Notes: generated by a model not told the origin, from the sequence alone. A DNA stretch of 64,000 nt from Pseudomonadota bacterium (GCA_043825875.1 JBDRRF010000079.1:160001-224000), one strand, 5' to 3'. Counted from the stretch's first letter, positions 8,041 through 18,606 are shown. Translations and numbers: made by a program.

Positions 8041-10185
8041 ATGAAAATAGACAGAAGATCTTTCTTGTCGCTTGGAATAGGCGGTGCGGCAGGTATTGCG
8101 CTTTCACCATTGCCATTGAAGCTTATGGATGACAGTGCAATATGGACACAGACATGGCCGTGGACTCCTGTGCCGCCTGATGGTGAAGCAACTTATGTTA
8201 ATTCTGCATGCACTCTTTGCCATGGCGGATGTGGAATTTCCGTCAGAAAGATTAATGGCAGAGCAGTTAAAATAGAAGGAATAGAAGGGCATCCCGTTAA
8301 TGACGGTGGAATTTGTCTTTTAGGACTTTCGGGATTGCAACTTCTCTACGGTCCCACACGCATAGAATCTCCCCTTAAAAGAACCGGTGAAAGAGGATCA
8401 GGAAAATGGAGCGTAATATCCTGGGAAGAGGCTATTTCAGAAGTTGCAGAAAAACTTAAGGCATTAAGAAAAAATAAAGATTCGGGCTCGGTGGCCTGTA
8501 TTTCGGGCACTGACAAAGGTACAGTATCTGCGCTTTTTAAGAAATTTCTTTCGGTATACGGATCTTCTAATTTTATGCGGATGCCATCTGTTTCCGATGC
8601 TTATGAACTTTCAGCTTTTCTTTCTTCAGGACAAAAAGCGGAACTTGCCTTTGATATTGAAAATTCCGATTTTATCTTAAGTTTTGGAAGCGGTCTTATT
8701 GAAGGCTGGGGATCGCCTGTTCGCATGATGCGGGCAAACAGCATTTTACGTAAAGCAGATGCCAAAATAATACAGATTGAACCGCGTCTTTCAAATACTG
8801 CTGCAAAATCAAATAAGTGGATTCCGATTAATCCGGGAACCGAATACGCTTTGGCCCTGGGGCTTGCAAATGTAATTATCTCAAAAACACTATTTAATAT
8901 TAATTTTGTAAAAAGCAATACTTCAGGATTTGCAAAGTTTGCTGCATTTGTTCAGTCTTTTTATTCACCTGACAAGTTGGAAAAAATAACAGGCATTAAA
9001 AAAGAAACCATTGAAACTCTTGCCAAAGATTTTGCCAGTGCTGCAAAACCTTTAGCAGTCTGTGGAAAAGGACAGGGTAAAGAACAGGGATTTTTGGGTG
9101 AAGTTATGGCGGTGCAGGCATTAAATGCGCTTGTTGGAAACATTAACAAAAAAGGAGGCGTTTTTACTGTTTCCGGTCGAAGATATTTTTCATTGCCGGG
9201 TATGGCTAATTACGAAACAAACCTTGCAAACCGTTTTACTGATGACGTTAACTCAGGGAAATATAGCGCTAAAGCGCTTTTTGTTTATGAATCAAACCCG
9301 CTTTACTCACTGCCTGATTCAAATTCTGTAAAGAAAGCTTTTGCCAAAATTCCTTATATTGTCAGTTTTTCATCATTTATGGATGAAACTGCAATGAATT
9401 CGGATTTAATTTTACCTAACCATATCTACCTTGAGCGCTATGAAGATGTTCATGCCACATTGCTCCCAAAACCAGTTATCAGCCTTTGCGTACCTGTTGT
9501 AGATCCTCAGTTTAATACAAAACATACAGGCGATGTTATAATTCAGATAGCAAAGAAAATGGGTTCACCTGTTGCAGATTCTTTTAAATGGAAAAATTAT
9601 GATTCATTTATAGAAGAAGCACTTGGCGATAAATGGGAAGTACTTTCGGAACAAGGATTCTGGGAAGACAGAATAGCTGAACTTTTGACCTTAAAAACGT
9701 CTTCAAAAAAATTTGATTTTACAGCAGGATTTTCAGATATTAAAAGTTTATTTACTTATCCTGATGCCGGGGCCGATCCGGATAAATACCCATTTATTCT
9801 TATACCCTACGATTCTATCAGAATTGCAAACGGCTATATTGGTGATCCGCCTTTTACCGTAAAAACAGTGGAAGATACGGTTCTTTTTGGAAATGATGTA
9901 CTTGTGGAAGTAAATCCGCTGACTGCTAAAGCTTTAGGGCTTACAGAAGGAAGCTATGCAATAATCGAAACTTCCAAAGCAAAGGCAAGAGTAAAAATTC
10001 ATCTGTTTGAAGGAATAATGCCCGGTCTTATAGCTATGCCGAGAGGACTTGGCCATAGTGCATATGACAATTATCTTGCCGGCAAGGGAATTAATGTTAA
10101 TGAACTGATCGGGACACAAAAAGATCCGGCTTCCGGCCTTGATGCAGCTTGGGGTATAAGGGCTGCTCTGAGCAAAGCTGTTTGA
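8041..10185 (+). CDS. qrcB: Qrc complex molybdopterin-oxidoreductase-family subunit
   Basis: Tat signal DRRSFL, DSAIWTQ, CTLCHGGC...GGIC, WIPINPGTE, DLILP; C-terminal molybdopterin-binding-type domain. Confidence 0.9.
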   Translation: MKIDRRSFLSLGIGGAAGIALSPLPLKLMDDSAIWTQTWPWTPVPPDGEATYVNSACTLCHGGCGISVRKINGRAVKIEGIEGHPVNDGGICLLGLSGLQLLYGPTRIESPLKRTGERGSGKWSVISWEEAISEVAEKLKALRKNKDSGSVACISGTDKGTVSALFKKFLSVYGSSNFMRMPSVSDAYELSAFLSSGQKAELAFDIENSDFILSFGSGLIEGWGSPVRMMRANSILRKADAKIIQIEPRLSNTAAKSNKWIPINPGTEYALALGLANVIISKTLFNINFVKSNTSGFAKFAAFVQSFYSPDKLEKITGIKKETIETLAKDFASAAKPLAVCGKGQGKEQGFLGEVMAVQALNALVGNINKKGGVFTVSGRRYFSLPGMANYETNLANRFTDDVNSGKYSAKALFVYESNPLYSLPDSNSVKKAFAKIPYIVSFSSFMDETAMNSDLILPNHIYLERYEDVHATLLPKPVISLCVPVVDPQFNTKHTGDVIIQIAKKMGSPVADSFKWKNYDSFIEEALGDKWEVLSEQGFWEDRIAELLTLKTSSKKFDFTAGFSDIKSLFTYPDAGADPDKYPFILIPYDSIRIANGYIGDPPFTVKTVEDTVLFGNDVLVEVNPLTAKALGLTEGSYAIIETSKAKARVKIHLFEGIMPGLIAMPRGLGHSAYDNYLAGKGINVNELIGTQKDPASGLDAAWGIRAALSKAV

Positions 10186-10198
10186 GAATGAGGTTTGG

Positions 10199-10978
10199 AT
10201 GAAAGAAGAAAAAAGCAGTAAAGATGCTAAAAAATATGGGATGGTAATTGATCTGGATAAATGTACCGGTTGCGGATCATGCATGGTTGCCTGTATGGCT
10301 GAAAATAATGTGTCATTCAAGGAAGATGAATCCAAAAAGCTTGACAGCATTACCTGGATGAGAGTGTACAGGCTTACAAACGGCAAATCATTTCCTGATA
10401 CCGATATCTGTTATCTTCCAAGACCCTGCCAGCATTGCGGAGGAAAAGGAGACCACGGCCATTCGCCCTGTGTTTCCGTTTGTCCTGCAACAGCAACCGA
10501 TTACAACATGGAAACAGGAATTGTAAGCCAGATTTATACAAGATGTTTCGGATGCCGCTACTGCATGGCTGCATGTCCTTATCATGCAAGGTATTTCAAC
10601 TGGTGGGACCCGGTCTGGCCTAAAGGCATGGAAAAATACTTAAGCCCTAATGTTTCGGTGCGCATGAGAGGTGTTGTCGAAAAATGCAGCTTTTGTTTCC
10701 ATAGGTATCAGCTTGCAAAAGACAAAGCATATTATGAAGGCCGCAATGAAGTAGCAGAAAGCGAATACCAGACGGCTTGTACGCAGGCATGCCCTGCCGG
10801 TGCTATTACTTTCGGGGATCTTAATAATACCGGTCATGCAGTTTATAAACTTAAGAACAATAAAAACGCCTTCAGGCTCCTTGAAAGACTTCAGACAAAT
10901 CCAAAGGTTTATTATCTTTCAAGTAAAAAATGGGTTAGAGACGCAGGCGATAATTATCTTAATAATGAAAAGAATTAA
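10199..10978 (+). CDS. qrcC: Qrc complex iron-sulfur subunit (NrfC/PsrB-like)
   Basis: YGMVIDLDKCTGCGSCMVAC, CQHC, CFGCRYCMAACPY, EKCSFC, CTQACP. Confidence 0.92.
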   Translation: MKEEKSSKDAKKYGMVIDLDKCTGCGSCMVACMAENNVSFKEDESKKLDSITWMRVYRLTNGKSFPDTDICYLPRPCQHCGGKGDHGHSPCVSVCPATATDYNMETGIVSQIYTRCFGCRYCMAACPYHARYFNWWDPVWPKGMEKYLSPNVSVRMRGVVEKCSFCFHRYQLAKDKAYYEGRNEVAESEYQTACTQACPAGAITFGDLNNTGHAVYKLKNNKNAFRLLERLQTNPKVYYLSSKKWVRDAGDNYLNNEKN

Positions 10979-10995
10979 TTGAGGATAGGTAATCA

Positions 10996-12228
10996 ATGGA
11001 TTCAAATATTATATCCGGGGAACTAAAGCGTTGTCCTAAATGGCAGTTTGCTTTGTGGATAGGGGCAGCAAGTGCTGTGCTGTTATGGGGTGTTTACGCC
11101 ATGCTGCTTTGCTGGATTAAAGGTCTTAACCAGACCAATATGAATGACGCATATGGTTTTGCGTTATGGATCTGGGCCGATCTTGCTATCATAGCGCTTG
11201 GAGGCGGGGCATTTTTTACAGGTTTTTTAAGATATATATTAGGAAAAGATGAACTTAAAAATATTGTAAACTATGCGGTTATTATCGGTTTTATCTGCTA
11301 CAGTTCAGCACTTATTATACTGGGTATTGATGTTGGGCAGCCAATAAGAGGCTGGTTTATTTTCTGGCATGCCAATGTGCATTCAATGCTTACCGAAGTG
11401 GCATTTTGTCTTACCTGCTATCTTTTTGTTTTGATTATAGAATATATTCCAATCATACTTGAAAACCGACGTATAGATAAAATTCCCTTTTATCACAATC
11501 TTGGCCATAACATGCATTCAATGATGGCCGTATTTGCTGCAACAGGAGTTTTTCTGTCATTTTTTCATCAGGGATCTTTGGGTGGCGTATCCGGCGTTTT
11601 GTTCGGGCGCCCGTTTGGTTACAGAGAGGGAGTATTTATCTGGCCCTGGACATTTTTCCTCTTCACATGGTCGGCTGCCGCCTGCGGACCCTGTTTTACA
11701 ATTCTTATTACAAAAATCACTGAAGCACTTACAGGCAAAAGACTTGTAAAGGACAATGTAATAGAACTTCTTGCAAAGATTTCCGGCTGGATGTTAGGAA
11801 CTTACATAATAGCGAAAATAATAGATACTCTGTATTGGGCAATGGTTACGCTTCCTGCATCAGGATTTACCCTTATGGATTTTTATTCAAATAATCCTTT
11901 TTATGGCATATGGATACTTGTTCTTGAAATAGCAGTTTGCGGAATTCTTCCTGCGCTGATACTGATATCTGAAAAAGGGCGAAAAAACAAATCTGCACTT
12001 ATAATCGCTGCAATTCTTGCGGTGTTGGGGGTTTGCATAAACCGCTGGGTACTTGTTCTTCAGGTAATGGCCGCTCCGGTTTTAACATTTGAAACATGGC
12101 AAATGTATATTCCGAGCTGGCAGGAGGTTGCGACTACGATTCTGCCACTTGCTTACGGTGTGCTTATTATATCTTTTTCATACCGTTACCTGCCGGTATT
12201 TCCGCAGGAAAAGGAGTTGAATCCTTAA
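10996..12228 (+). CDS. qrcD: Qrc complex integral membrane subunit (NrfD/PsrC family)
   Basis: Multiple TM helices, LWIWADL, DVGQPIR, SFFHQGSLGG, YIPSWQE. Confidence 0.92.
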   Translation: MDSNIISGELKRCPKWQFALWIGAASAVLLWGVYAMLLCWIKGLNQTNMNDAYGFALWIWADLAIIALGGGAFFTGFLRYILGKDELKNIVNYAVIIGFICYSSALIILGIDVGQPIRGWFIFWHANVHSMLTEVAFCLTCYLFVLIIEYIPIILENRRIDKIPFYHNLGHNMHSMMAVFAATGVFLSFFHQGSLGGVSGVLFGRPFGYREGVFIWPWTFFLFTWSAAACGPCFTILITKITEALTGKRLVKDNVIELLAKISGWMLGTYIIAKIIDTLYWAMVTLPASGFTLMDFYSNNPFYGIWILVLEIAVCGILPALILISEKGRKNKSALIIAAILAVLGVCINRWVLVLQVMAAPVLTFETWQMYIPSWQEVATTILPLAYGVLIISFSYRYLPVFPQEKELNP

Positions 12229-12284
12229 CTATTTGGGTTCAGAGTTCCATTGTTCACAGTTCAAGGTTAAAGTTCGATAAAACC

Positions 12285-12304
12285 AAACGTTTTGAAAGTG
12301 GCTC
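12285..12304 (-). repeat. Isolated terminal fragment of the 142-bp MITE
   Basis: aaacgttttgaaagtggctc is identical to the end of the copy at 54854-54995. Confidence 0.75.
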
Positions 12305-12423
12305 TATCGTAAAAAAATAAGCCGGGATTTGCTTATGAAGGGCTCAAGGAAACCAACTGTGAACTGTGAACCAAACAACCAGCACAGTTGCCTTAACCCT
12401 TGGGCGATAAATGGAGGTAAATA

Positions 12424-12576
12424 ATGTTTCCTTTTTGTTTTGAATGGATGTGGGATATGTCCCATATGGTTTTTATGGGCGGCTTATGGTTTGCTCTTAT
12501 AATTATAGTCATTGGAATAACTTATTGTATTGGCCGGGCTTTTTATGATACACACATAAATGAGGGCAAAGACTGA
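12424..12576 (+). CDS. Small single-TM membrane protein downstream of qrcD (50 aa; not in ORF track)
   Basis: GGAGG RBS then MFPFCFEWMWDMSHMVFMGGLWFALIIIVIGITYCIGRAFYDTHINEGKD*, lying before the operon terminator. Confidence 0.75.
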   Translation: MFPFCFEWMWDMSHMVFMGGLWFALIIIVIGITYCIGRAFYDTHINEGKD

Positions 12577-12602
12577 CATAATCAATAAATCAGAAGATAT
12601 AT

Positions 12603-12651
12603 AAAAAGCGCTTGCCCGTGAAATTTTAAAGGGTATGCGCTATTTTTTTTT
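12603..12651 (+). terminator. Rho-independent terminator of the qrc operon
   Basis: agcgcttgccc...gggtatgcgct imperfect stem followed by a long T-tract. Confidence 0.65.
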
Positions 12652-12707
12652 AAGAATAGTGCATCGAACATCGATTAACGAACCGATTGTAAAGTGAGAA
12701 GATAAAA

Positions 12708-13961
12708 ATGGATAAAATATTAGTTGAAGGCGGGCATCCTTTAAGCGGTGAGGTTAAAATAAGCGGTGCAAAAAATGCAGCACTTCCGATTTTAATATCT
12801 TCTTTGCTTGTTGACGGTTCTTGCACCTATTCAAATGTCCCTGATTTAATGGATATAAAAAGCACAAAAGATCTTCTCATAAATCTTGGCGTAAAAGTGG
12901 AGATGGAAGGAAATACTGTAAAACTTGATGCCGGAGGGCTTAATAATTATGAGGCTCCGTATGAACTTGTAAGAAAAATGAGAGCATCCATACTGGTGCT
13001 TGGCCCTCTTGTAGCAAGGCTGAAAAAAGCAAGGGTTTCTCTTCCGGGAGGATGTTCAATAGGGGCGCGGCCTATAAATCTGCATCTGAAGGGTCTTGCC
13101 GCTCTTGGAGCAAAAGTTGATCTGGTTCATGGATATGTTGAAGCAAGTGCAGATGTATTAAGGGGAGCGGAATTTTATTTTGACACAGTTTCTGTAACCG
13201 GCACTGAAAATCTCATGATGGCAGCCGTTCTTGCGGATGGGATTACTACTCTTCGTAATGTGGCCAGAGAGCCTGAAGTTGTTGCCCTTGCGGATGTGCT
13301 AAATAAAATGGGAGCAAAGATTGAAGGCATAGGAACATCGGTATTAACAATAACTGGAGTGCCTTCTTTAAAACCTGTTTCAACGCCGATTATACCCGAT
13401 AGAATAGAGGCCGGAACTTTTATGGTTGCTGCGGCACTTACCGGTGGTGATATAGAAATTGTTGATTGCGAACCTACACATCTGGAATCAGTAATTCACA
13501 AGCTTAGATTGATCGGTTCGGATATCAGTATAGAGGGCAATTCCATAAGAGTAAAAGGAGGGGAGAAAATCTCAAGCATTGATATAAAAACCATGCCCTA
13601 TCCCGGGTTTCCCACCGATATGCAGGCGCAGTTTATGGTTTTGATGTCGGTCGCAAAAGGTTTTTCCGTAATCACGGAAACAATCTTTGAAAACAGATTT
13701 ATCCATGTAAGCGAATTAAAAAGAATGGGTGCCAATATCAAGATTTCCGGTAATACCGCAATGATCACCGGAGTACCAAAACTTATGGGTGCTCCTGTTA
13801 TGGCTACGGATTTAAGAGCAAGCGCATCTCTCATACTGGCCGGACTTGTAGCATCTGGCACAACGGAAGTAAACCGCGTTTATCATCTTGACCGCGGATA
13901 CGAAGCTATAGAAAAGAAGTTTGCAGCTCTCGGAGCAAAGATAAACAGAGTTAAAGCCTGA
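12708..13961 (+). CDS. murA: UDP-N-acetylglucosamine 1-carboxyvinyltransferase
   Basis: [30 protein letters not shown] (catalytic Cys), [30 protein letters not shown]. Confidence 0.98.
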   Translation: MDKILVEGGHPLSGEVKISGAKNAALPILISSLLVDGSCTYSNVPDLMDIKSTKDLLINLGVKVEMEGNTVKLDAGGLNNYEAPYELVRKMRASILVLGPLVARLKKARVSLPGGCSIGARPINLHLKGLAALGAKVDLVHGYVEASADVLRGAEFYFDTVSVTGTENLMMAAVLADGITTLRNVAREPEVVALADVLNKMGAKIEGIGTSVLTITGVPSLKPVSTPIIPDRIEAGTFMVAAALTGGDIEIVDCEPTHLESVIHKLRLIGSDISIEGNSIRVKGGEKISSIDIKTMPYPGFPTDMQAQFMVLMSVAKGFSVITETIFENRFIHVSELKRMGANIKISGNTAMITGVPKLMGAPVMATDLRASASLILAGLVASGTTEVNRVYHLDRGYEAIEKKFAALGAKINRVKA

Positions 13962-14149
13962 TTTACTGCGGATGTTCATAAATCCGGTTACGTATTGTCA
14001 TTTCTAACTAATGGAAGATATCCCGAAAGCAGAGTTTTTGTATATGGTTTTGTCTAAACTCAGAATTTTTAAAAACATATAATCCGGTCTCCTCCGTTTT
14101 TTTCACCATACTCTTCTCGGTTAAATGCCCAGAATAACGGGATAAAACG

Positions 14150-14182
14150 TTTGACAATATCCCCGCAAGCGGTATATTGTAA
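14150..14182 (+). promoter_or_regulatory. sigma70-type promoter upstream of the Fic gene with embedded ACAATA-N15-TATTGT palindrome
   Basis: TTGACA-N16-TATATT; same architecture as 16159-16191. Confidence 0.6.
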
Positions 14183-14292
14183 TCACGTTCATTTTGATTT
14201 ATCGGGAATAAGTACCGGCTTGAAGTACATTCTATCACCTGATTAATGTTACTTGGGGAAGGTCAACCGCTTTACAGAAGGAAAAACTCATT

Positions 14293-15357
14293 ATGACCTT
14301 AATACTCTTTTCCAAAAAATTTGAATCCGTTCCCGCTGCCACTTCCTGGTATCTCTCAGATTTAGGAGAAGCCAGAGGCAAGCAGGAATTGTTTACCCGC
14401 CAATCTCCACAGCGTCTAAAAGCGCTTCGTGAGCATGCTCTTATTGAGAGCGCAGTATCTTCCAACCGGATTGAAGGTGTGGAAGTTGATAAATCACGGA
14501 TTGCCACAATCGTCTTTGGAAAACCGCTTCTGCTGGATCGTGACGAAGAAGAGGTTCGGGGATATCGGCAGGCTCTGACATTAATTCATGAGCAAAGTTT
14601 AAAACTTTCAGTTTCGGAAGAGAACATTTTAAAACTTCATCATCTTACACGCGGAGAGATCTGGGATGCGGGACAATACAAAGAAAAAGATGGTAATATT
14701 ATAGAAAAATTGCCTGACGGCCGCTCGCGGGTCCGCTTCAAGACGGTTTCCGCCGCCCATACTCCGAAGCGTATGAAGGATCTTGTAGAACTATACAATG
14801 AAGCTATCCTCGATCGCAAAGTTCCTCCCCTTGTGCTCATGGCCGCCTTTAACCTGGATTTTCTTTGCATTCATCCATTCCGCGATGGAAACGGTCGTGT
14901 TTCAAGGTTGCTTTTACTACTGCAATGTTATCATCTTGGGTTTGAAGTTGGCCGATACATCAGCATTGAACGTCTCATTGAACAAAATAAAGAACGTTAT
15001 TACGAAACTTTGGAGCAGAGTTCCCAAGGCTGGCACGAAGGCAAACATGACCCATGGCCGTATATCAATTACCTCCTTTTTATCATTAAAGAAGCATGTA
15101 AAGAGTTTGAGCAGCGCCTGGGCCGGGTCAAGGCTCCCCGCGGGGCTAAAACAGATCTGATAGAAACTGCTGTAAGAAACTTTGATGCTGAGTTCACTCT
15201 TAGTGATCTGGAGAAGGCCTGTGCAAGCGTAAGCCGGGATATGGTTCGAAGGGTTCTGCGAGATCTGAAAAAAAACGGAGTGGTTGAATGTCTGGGACGC
15301 GGTCCAGGTGCTTTATGGCGAAAACGGGAAAAGGGTAATACCCTTAAAAAGAGGTAA
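14293..15357 (+). CDS. Fic family protein with C-terminal HTH
   Basis: SNRIEG and canonical HPFRDGNGRVSR motif. Confidence 0.93.
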   Translation: MTLILFSKKFESVPAATSWYLSDLGEARGKQELFTRQSPQRLKALREHALIESAVSSNRIEGVEVDKSRIATIVFGKPLLLDRDEEEVRGYRQALTLIHEQSLKLSVSEENILKLHHLTRGEIWDAGQYKEKDGNIIEKLPDGRSRVRFKTVSAAHTPKRMKDLVELYNEAILDRKVPPLVLMAAFNLDFLCIHPFRDGNGRVSRLLLLLQCYHLGFEVGRYISIERLIEQNKERYYETLEQSSQGWHEGKHDPWPYINYLLFIIKEACKEFEQRLGRVKAPRGAKTDLIETAVRNFDAEFTLSDLEKACASVSRDMVRRVLRDLKKNGVVECLGRGPGALWRKREKGNTLKKR

Positions 15358-15543
15358 TAAAGAGGGTAAGGTAAATATGAATCCGATGTTAGATTTATTT
15401 CAAATGAAAGCTATAATTTAAAATACATATTTGAAGTATTAATATCATAATGTGAGGACAGTATAAGATTGTTGAGCTGGTTTTGCCAATGGATTTAACA
15501 GGCTATGAATTTCGTTTCCAGATAACAGTAACCAAAAAGGTGC

Positions 15544-16098
15544 ATGATGGGAAGAATGGTACCGATAGAAAGAATCGCAAGCAAAATTTACCTGATACGT
15601 GGAATTAAGGTCATGCTGGACAGAGATCTTGCGGATCTCTATGGAGTGGAAACAAAACGTTTAAAGGAACAGGTGCGTAGAAACATAAAAAGATTTCCTG
15701 AAGATTTTATGTTTGAATTGACGAATGAAGAACTGAAAAATTGGAGGTCGCAATTTGCGACCTCCAATGAGGATCTAATGGGGTTACGCATTAAACCCTT
15801 TGCTTTTACAGAGCACGGCATACTGATGCTTTCATCAGTGTTAAAAAGCGAAAGGGCAGTTCAGGTGAATATACTGATAATGAGGACATTTATTAAGCTC
15901 AGGCGGGCAGTACTCGATCATAAAGACTTAAGAAAAGATCTTGAGGAACTCAGAAAAGTTTCTGAGGAACGCTTTCGCATAGTATTTGAAGCTCTGGATC
16001 AGATATTGATAGTAGAAAGCAAGCCGAGGAAAAAAATTGGATACACAGTTAAGGAAAAACAAAGTGTATACGGCCATAAGAAGACCAAGACACGCTAA
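15544..16098 (+). CDS. ORF6N-domain DNA-binding protein
   Basis: IRGIKVMLDRDLADLYGVETKRL, VRRNIKRFPEDFMF, AFTEHGILMLSSVL. Confidence 0.9.
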   Translation: MMGRMVPIERIASKIYLIRGIKVMLDRDLADLYGVETKRLKEQVRRNIKRFPEDFMFELTNEELKNWRSQFATSNEDLMGLRIKPFAFTEHGILMLSSVLKSERAVQVNILIMRTFIKLRRAVLDHKDLRKDLEELRKVSEERFRIVFEALDQILIVESKPRKKIGYTVKEKQSVYGHKKTKTR

Positions 16099-16158
16099 TA
16101 TCTATTGTTTTCATATTTTTATATAAATACCGACTGATAAATAAAGGACAAAATCTCC

Positions 16159-16191
16159 TTTGACAATAGATTAATGGCAGGTATATTGTAA
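16159..16191 (+). promoter_or_regulatory. sigma70-type promoter upstream of hsdR with embedded ACAATA-N15-TATTGT palindrome
   Basis: TTGACA-N16-TATATT; tttgacaata...ggtatattgtaa shared with 14150-14182. Confidence 0.6.
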
Positions 16192-16263
16192 ACCTGATTT
16201 TTAGGGGGCAAGTCGTTATATTTCCCATTTCTTTTTTAAGTAAAATGTTCTCAGGGGTTAATT

Positions 16264-18606
16264 TTGGACGAAATTAATAAAAAAGAACTCAGCGAAACAG
16301 ATATTTGTGATTTGTTCATAACTCCTGCGATCAAAGAAGCTGGTTGGGATCCTGGCAGGCAGATCAGGCGTGAGGTAACTTTGACGCCCGGACCTGTGAT
16401 AGTCAGGGGCAATATGTCGTCTCGTCTCAAAAAAAAGAAAAAATTTGCGGACTATGTGCTATATCAGGAACCAGGTATACCGATTGCCGTAGTTGAGGCA
16501 AAAGACAATAAGCACACAGTCAGTCAGGGGATGCAACAGGCCCTGGGATATTCTGAAATACTTGAAGTGCCGAGCGCATTCAGTTCTAATGGCGATGCTT
16601 TTGCCTCACATAATAAATTCCCCGCTGCCGGAGAGGATATCGAAACCCAATTCCCGCTTGAAAAATTCCCTCTGCCACAAACACTTTGGCAAAGATATAA
16701 GTCATATCGAGGTATTGAAGAAAAATCAGAAGAACTTGTATTGCAGCCCTATCACATGGACAGCTCCAGAAAAGAAGCACGATATTATCAGGTTGAGGCC
16801 ATTAATCGGGTTGTTGAAGCTGTGGCCAGAGGTCAAAAGCGTGTTCTTATAGTAATGGCTACAGGCACAGGAAAGACCTATACTACATTTCAAATCATTT
16901 GGAGACTCTGGAAGGCAAAGGTTGTAAAGAGAGTACTGTTTTTAGTTGACCGGAACATCCTGGCTGATCAAACACTGGTAAATGATTTCAAACCATTTGG
17001 TTCGGTTATGACCAAAATCAAAAACCGCAAGATTGATCCGGCCTATGAAATATACATAGGTCTTTATCAGGCTATTACAGGGCCGGATGAAGCTGATAAG
17101 ATATATAAAAACGTTTCCTCTGATTTTTTTGATATGATCATCATAGACGAGTGCCACCGAGGGAGTGCAGCCGATGATTCAGCCTGGCGGGAAATCCTTG
17201 ATTATTTTTCAAGCGCAATTCAAATAGGAATGACTGCAACGCCCAGGGAAACAAAGTACGTCTCAAATATAAATTACTTTGGTGAACCTGTTTACACATA
17301 CAGCCTGAAGCAAGGCATTACAGACGGGTTTCTCGCACCATATAAGGTAGTCCGTATAGATATCGATAAAGACATCTTCGGATGGAGACCACCTCCCGGA
17401 ATGGTAGATGATCTTGGCCATCAAATCGAAGGACGCACTTACAACCAGAAAGATATGGATCGCATACTCGTTCTGAACCAGCGAACAAAGCTTGTTGCAA
17501 ACAGGGTAATGAAACTACTTAACGCAACTGATCTTTTCTCAAAAACCATTATCTTTTGTGAAGATATAGACCATGCTGAACGCATGCGTGCTGCCATTGT
17601 TAATGCCGCAGGACGGCTTGCTATAGATAACCCCAGGTATGTCATGCGTATCACCGGAGATAGTACTGAAGGCAAGGCGGAACTCGATAATTTTATAGAT
17701 CCTGAAAGCAAATTCCCTGTTATCGCGACCACCTCAGAGTTATTGACAACCGGTGTCGATGCAAAAACCTGCAAGCTTATCGTTCTGGATAAGACAATAA
17801 ACTCAATGACAAGTTTCAAACAGATTATCGGGCGGGGCACACGTATAGAAGAAGAATACAACAAATACTTTTTCACGATCATGGATTTCAAAAAGGCTAC
17901 CGAACTATTCAGAGATCCGGATTTCGATGGCGAACCCGTTGTTATATACGAACCCGGAGATGATGATGATCCGGTTCCACCTGATCCTGAGGAACCTTAC
18001 AACGAAGAGGATAACGAAGAGAGTGATGGCATCAAGAAATATGTTTTTGATGGTGTGACTGCAAGGATTATTGCTGAACGCATTGAATACTATGGCTCGG
18101 ACGGCAACCTGATTACAGAATCTTACCGAGACTTTACACGTAAAAAAATCAAATCCGAGTTTGCCTCTATAGATGAATTTCTTCGTCAGTGGAATACTGC
18201 CAAAAAAAAGCAGGTAATTATCGAGTTGCTTGAAGAGCACGGCATTATCCTGGAAAACCTTGCCGAACTCGTGGGCAAAGAATATGGTGACTTTGACCTG
18301 ATCTGCCATATAGCCTATGACCAGCCCCCGCTTACCAGAAAAGAGAGGGTTAATAATGTTAAAAAACGAAACTACTTTACAAAGTATGGTGAGCAGGCAA
18401 AAGCTGTCCTTAACGCACTTCTTGATAAATATGCCGATGAAGGAATAAGCAGCCTGGAAAATGCCAAAATATTAAAACTAAAACCTTTCAGTGATATGGG
18501 AACTCCTATGGAAATTATCAACAATGTTTTTGGCGGCAAAACCGATTATGAAAAGGCCGTTCAGGAGCTGGAGCAAGAGCTGTTTAATCAGGAGCAATCC
18601 GCATGA
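16264..18606 (+). CDS. hsdR: Type I restriction enzyme R subunit (EcoAI/EcoEI-like)
   Basis: ADY...VVEAK nuclease motif, MATGTGKT, DECHRG, GMTATP, LTTGVD, QIIGRGTR, EcoEI-type C-terminus. Confidence 0.95.
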   Translation: MDEINKKELSETDICDLFITPAIKEAGWDPGRQIRREVTLTPGPVIVRGNMSSRLKKKKKFADYVLYQEPGIPIAVVEAKDNKHTVSQGMQQALGYSEILEVPSAFSSNGDAFASHNKFPAAGEDIETQFPLEKFPLPQTLWQRYKSYRGIEEKSEELVLQPYHMDSSRKEARYYQVEAINRVVEAVARGQKRVLIVMATGTGKTYTTFQIIWRLWKAKVVKRVLFLVDRNILADQTLVNDFKPFGSVMTKIKNRKIDPAYEIYIGLYQAITGPDEADKIYKNVSSDFFDMIIIDECHRGSAADDSAWREILDYFSSAIQIGMTATPRETKYVSNINYFGEPVYTYSLKQGITDGFLAPYKVVRIDIDKDIFGWRPPPGMVDDLGHQIEGRTYNQKDMDRILVLNQRTKLVANRVMKLLNATDLFSKTIIFCEDIDHAERMRAAIVNAAGRLAIDNPRYVMRITGDSTEGKAELDNFIDPESKFPVIATTSELLTTGVDAKTCKLIVLDKTINSMTSFKQIIGRGTRIEEEYNKYFFTIMDFKKATELFRDPDFDGEPVVIYEPGDDDDPVPPDPEEPYNEEDNEESDGIKKYVFDGVTARIIAERIEYYGSDGNLITESYRDFTRKKIKSEFASIDEFLRQWNTAKKKQVIIELLEEHGIILENLAELVGKEYGDFDLICHIAYDQPPLTRKERVNNVKKRNYFTKYGEQAKAVLNALLDKYADEGISSLENAKILKLKPFSDMGTPMEIINNVFGGKTDYEKAVQELEQELFNQEQSA

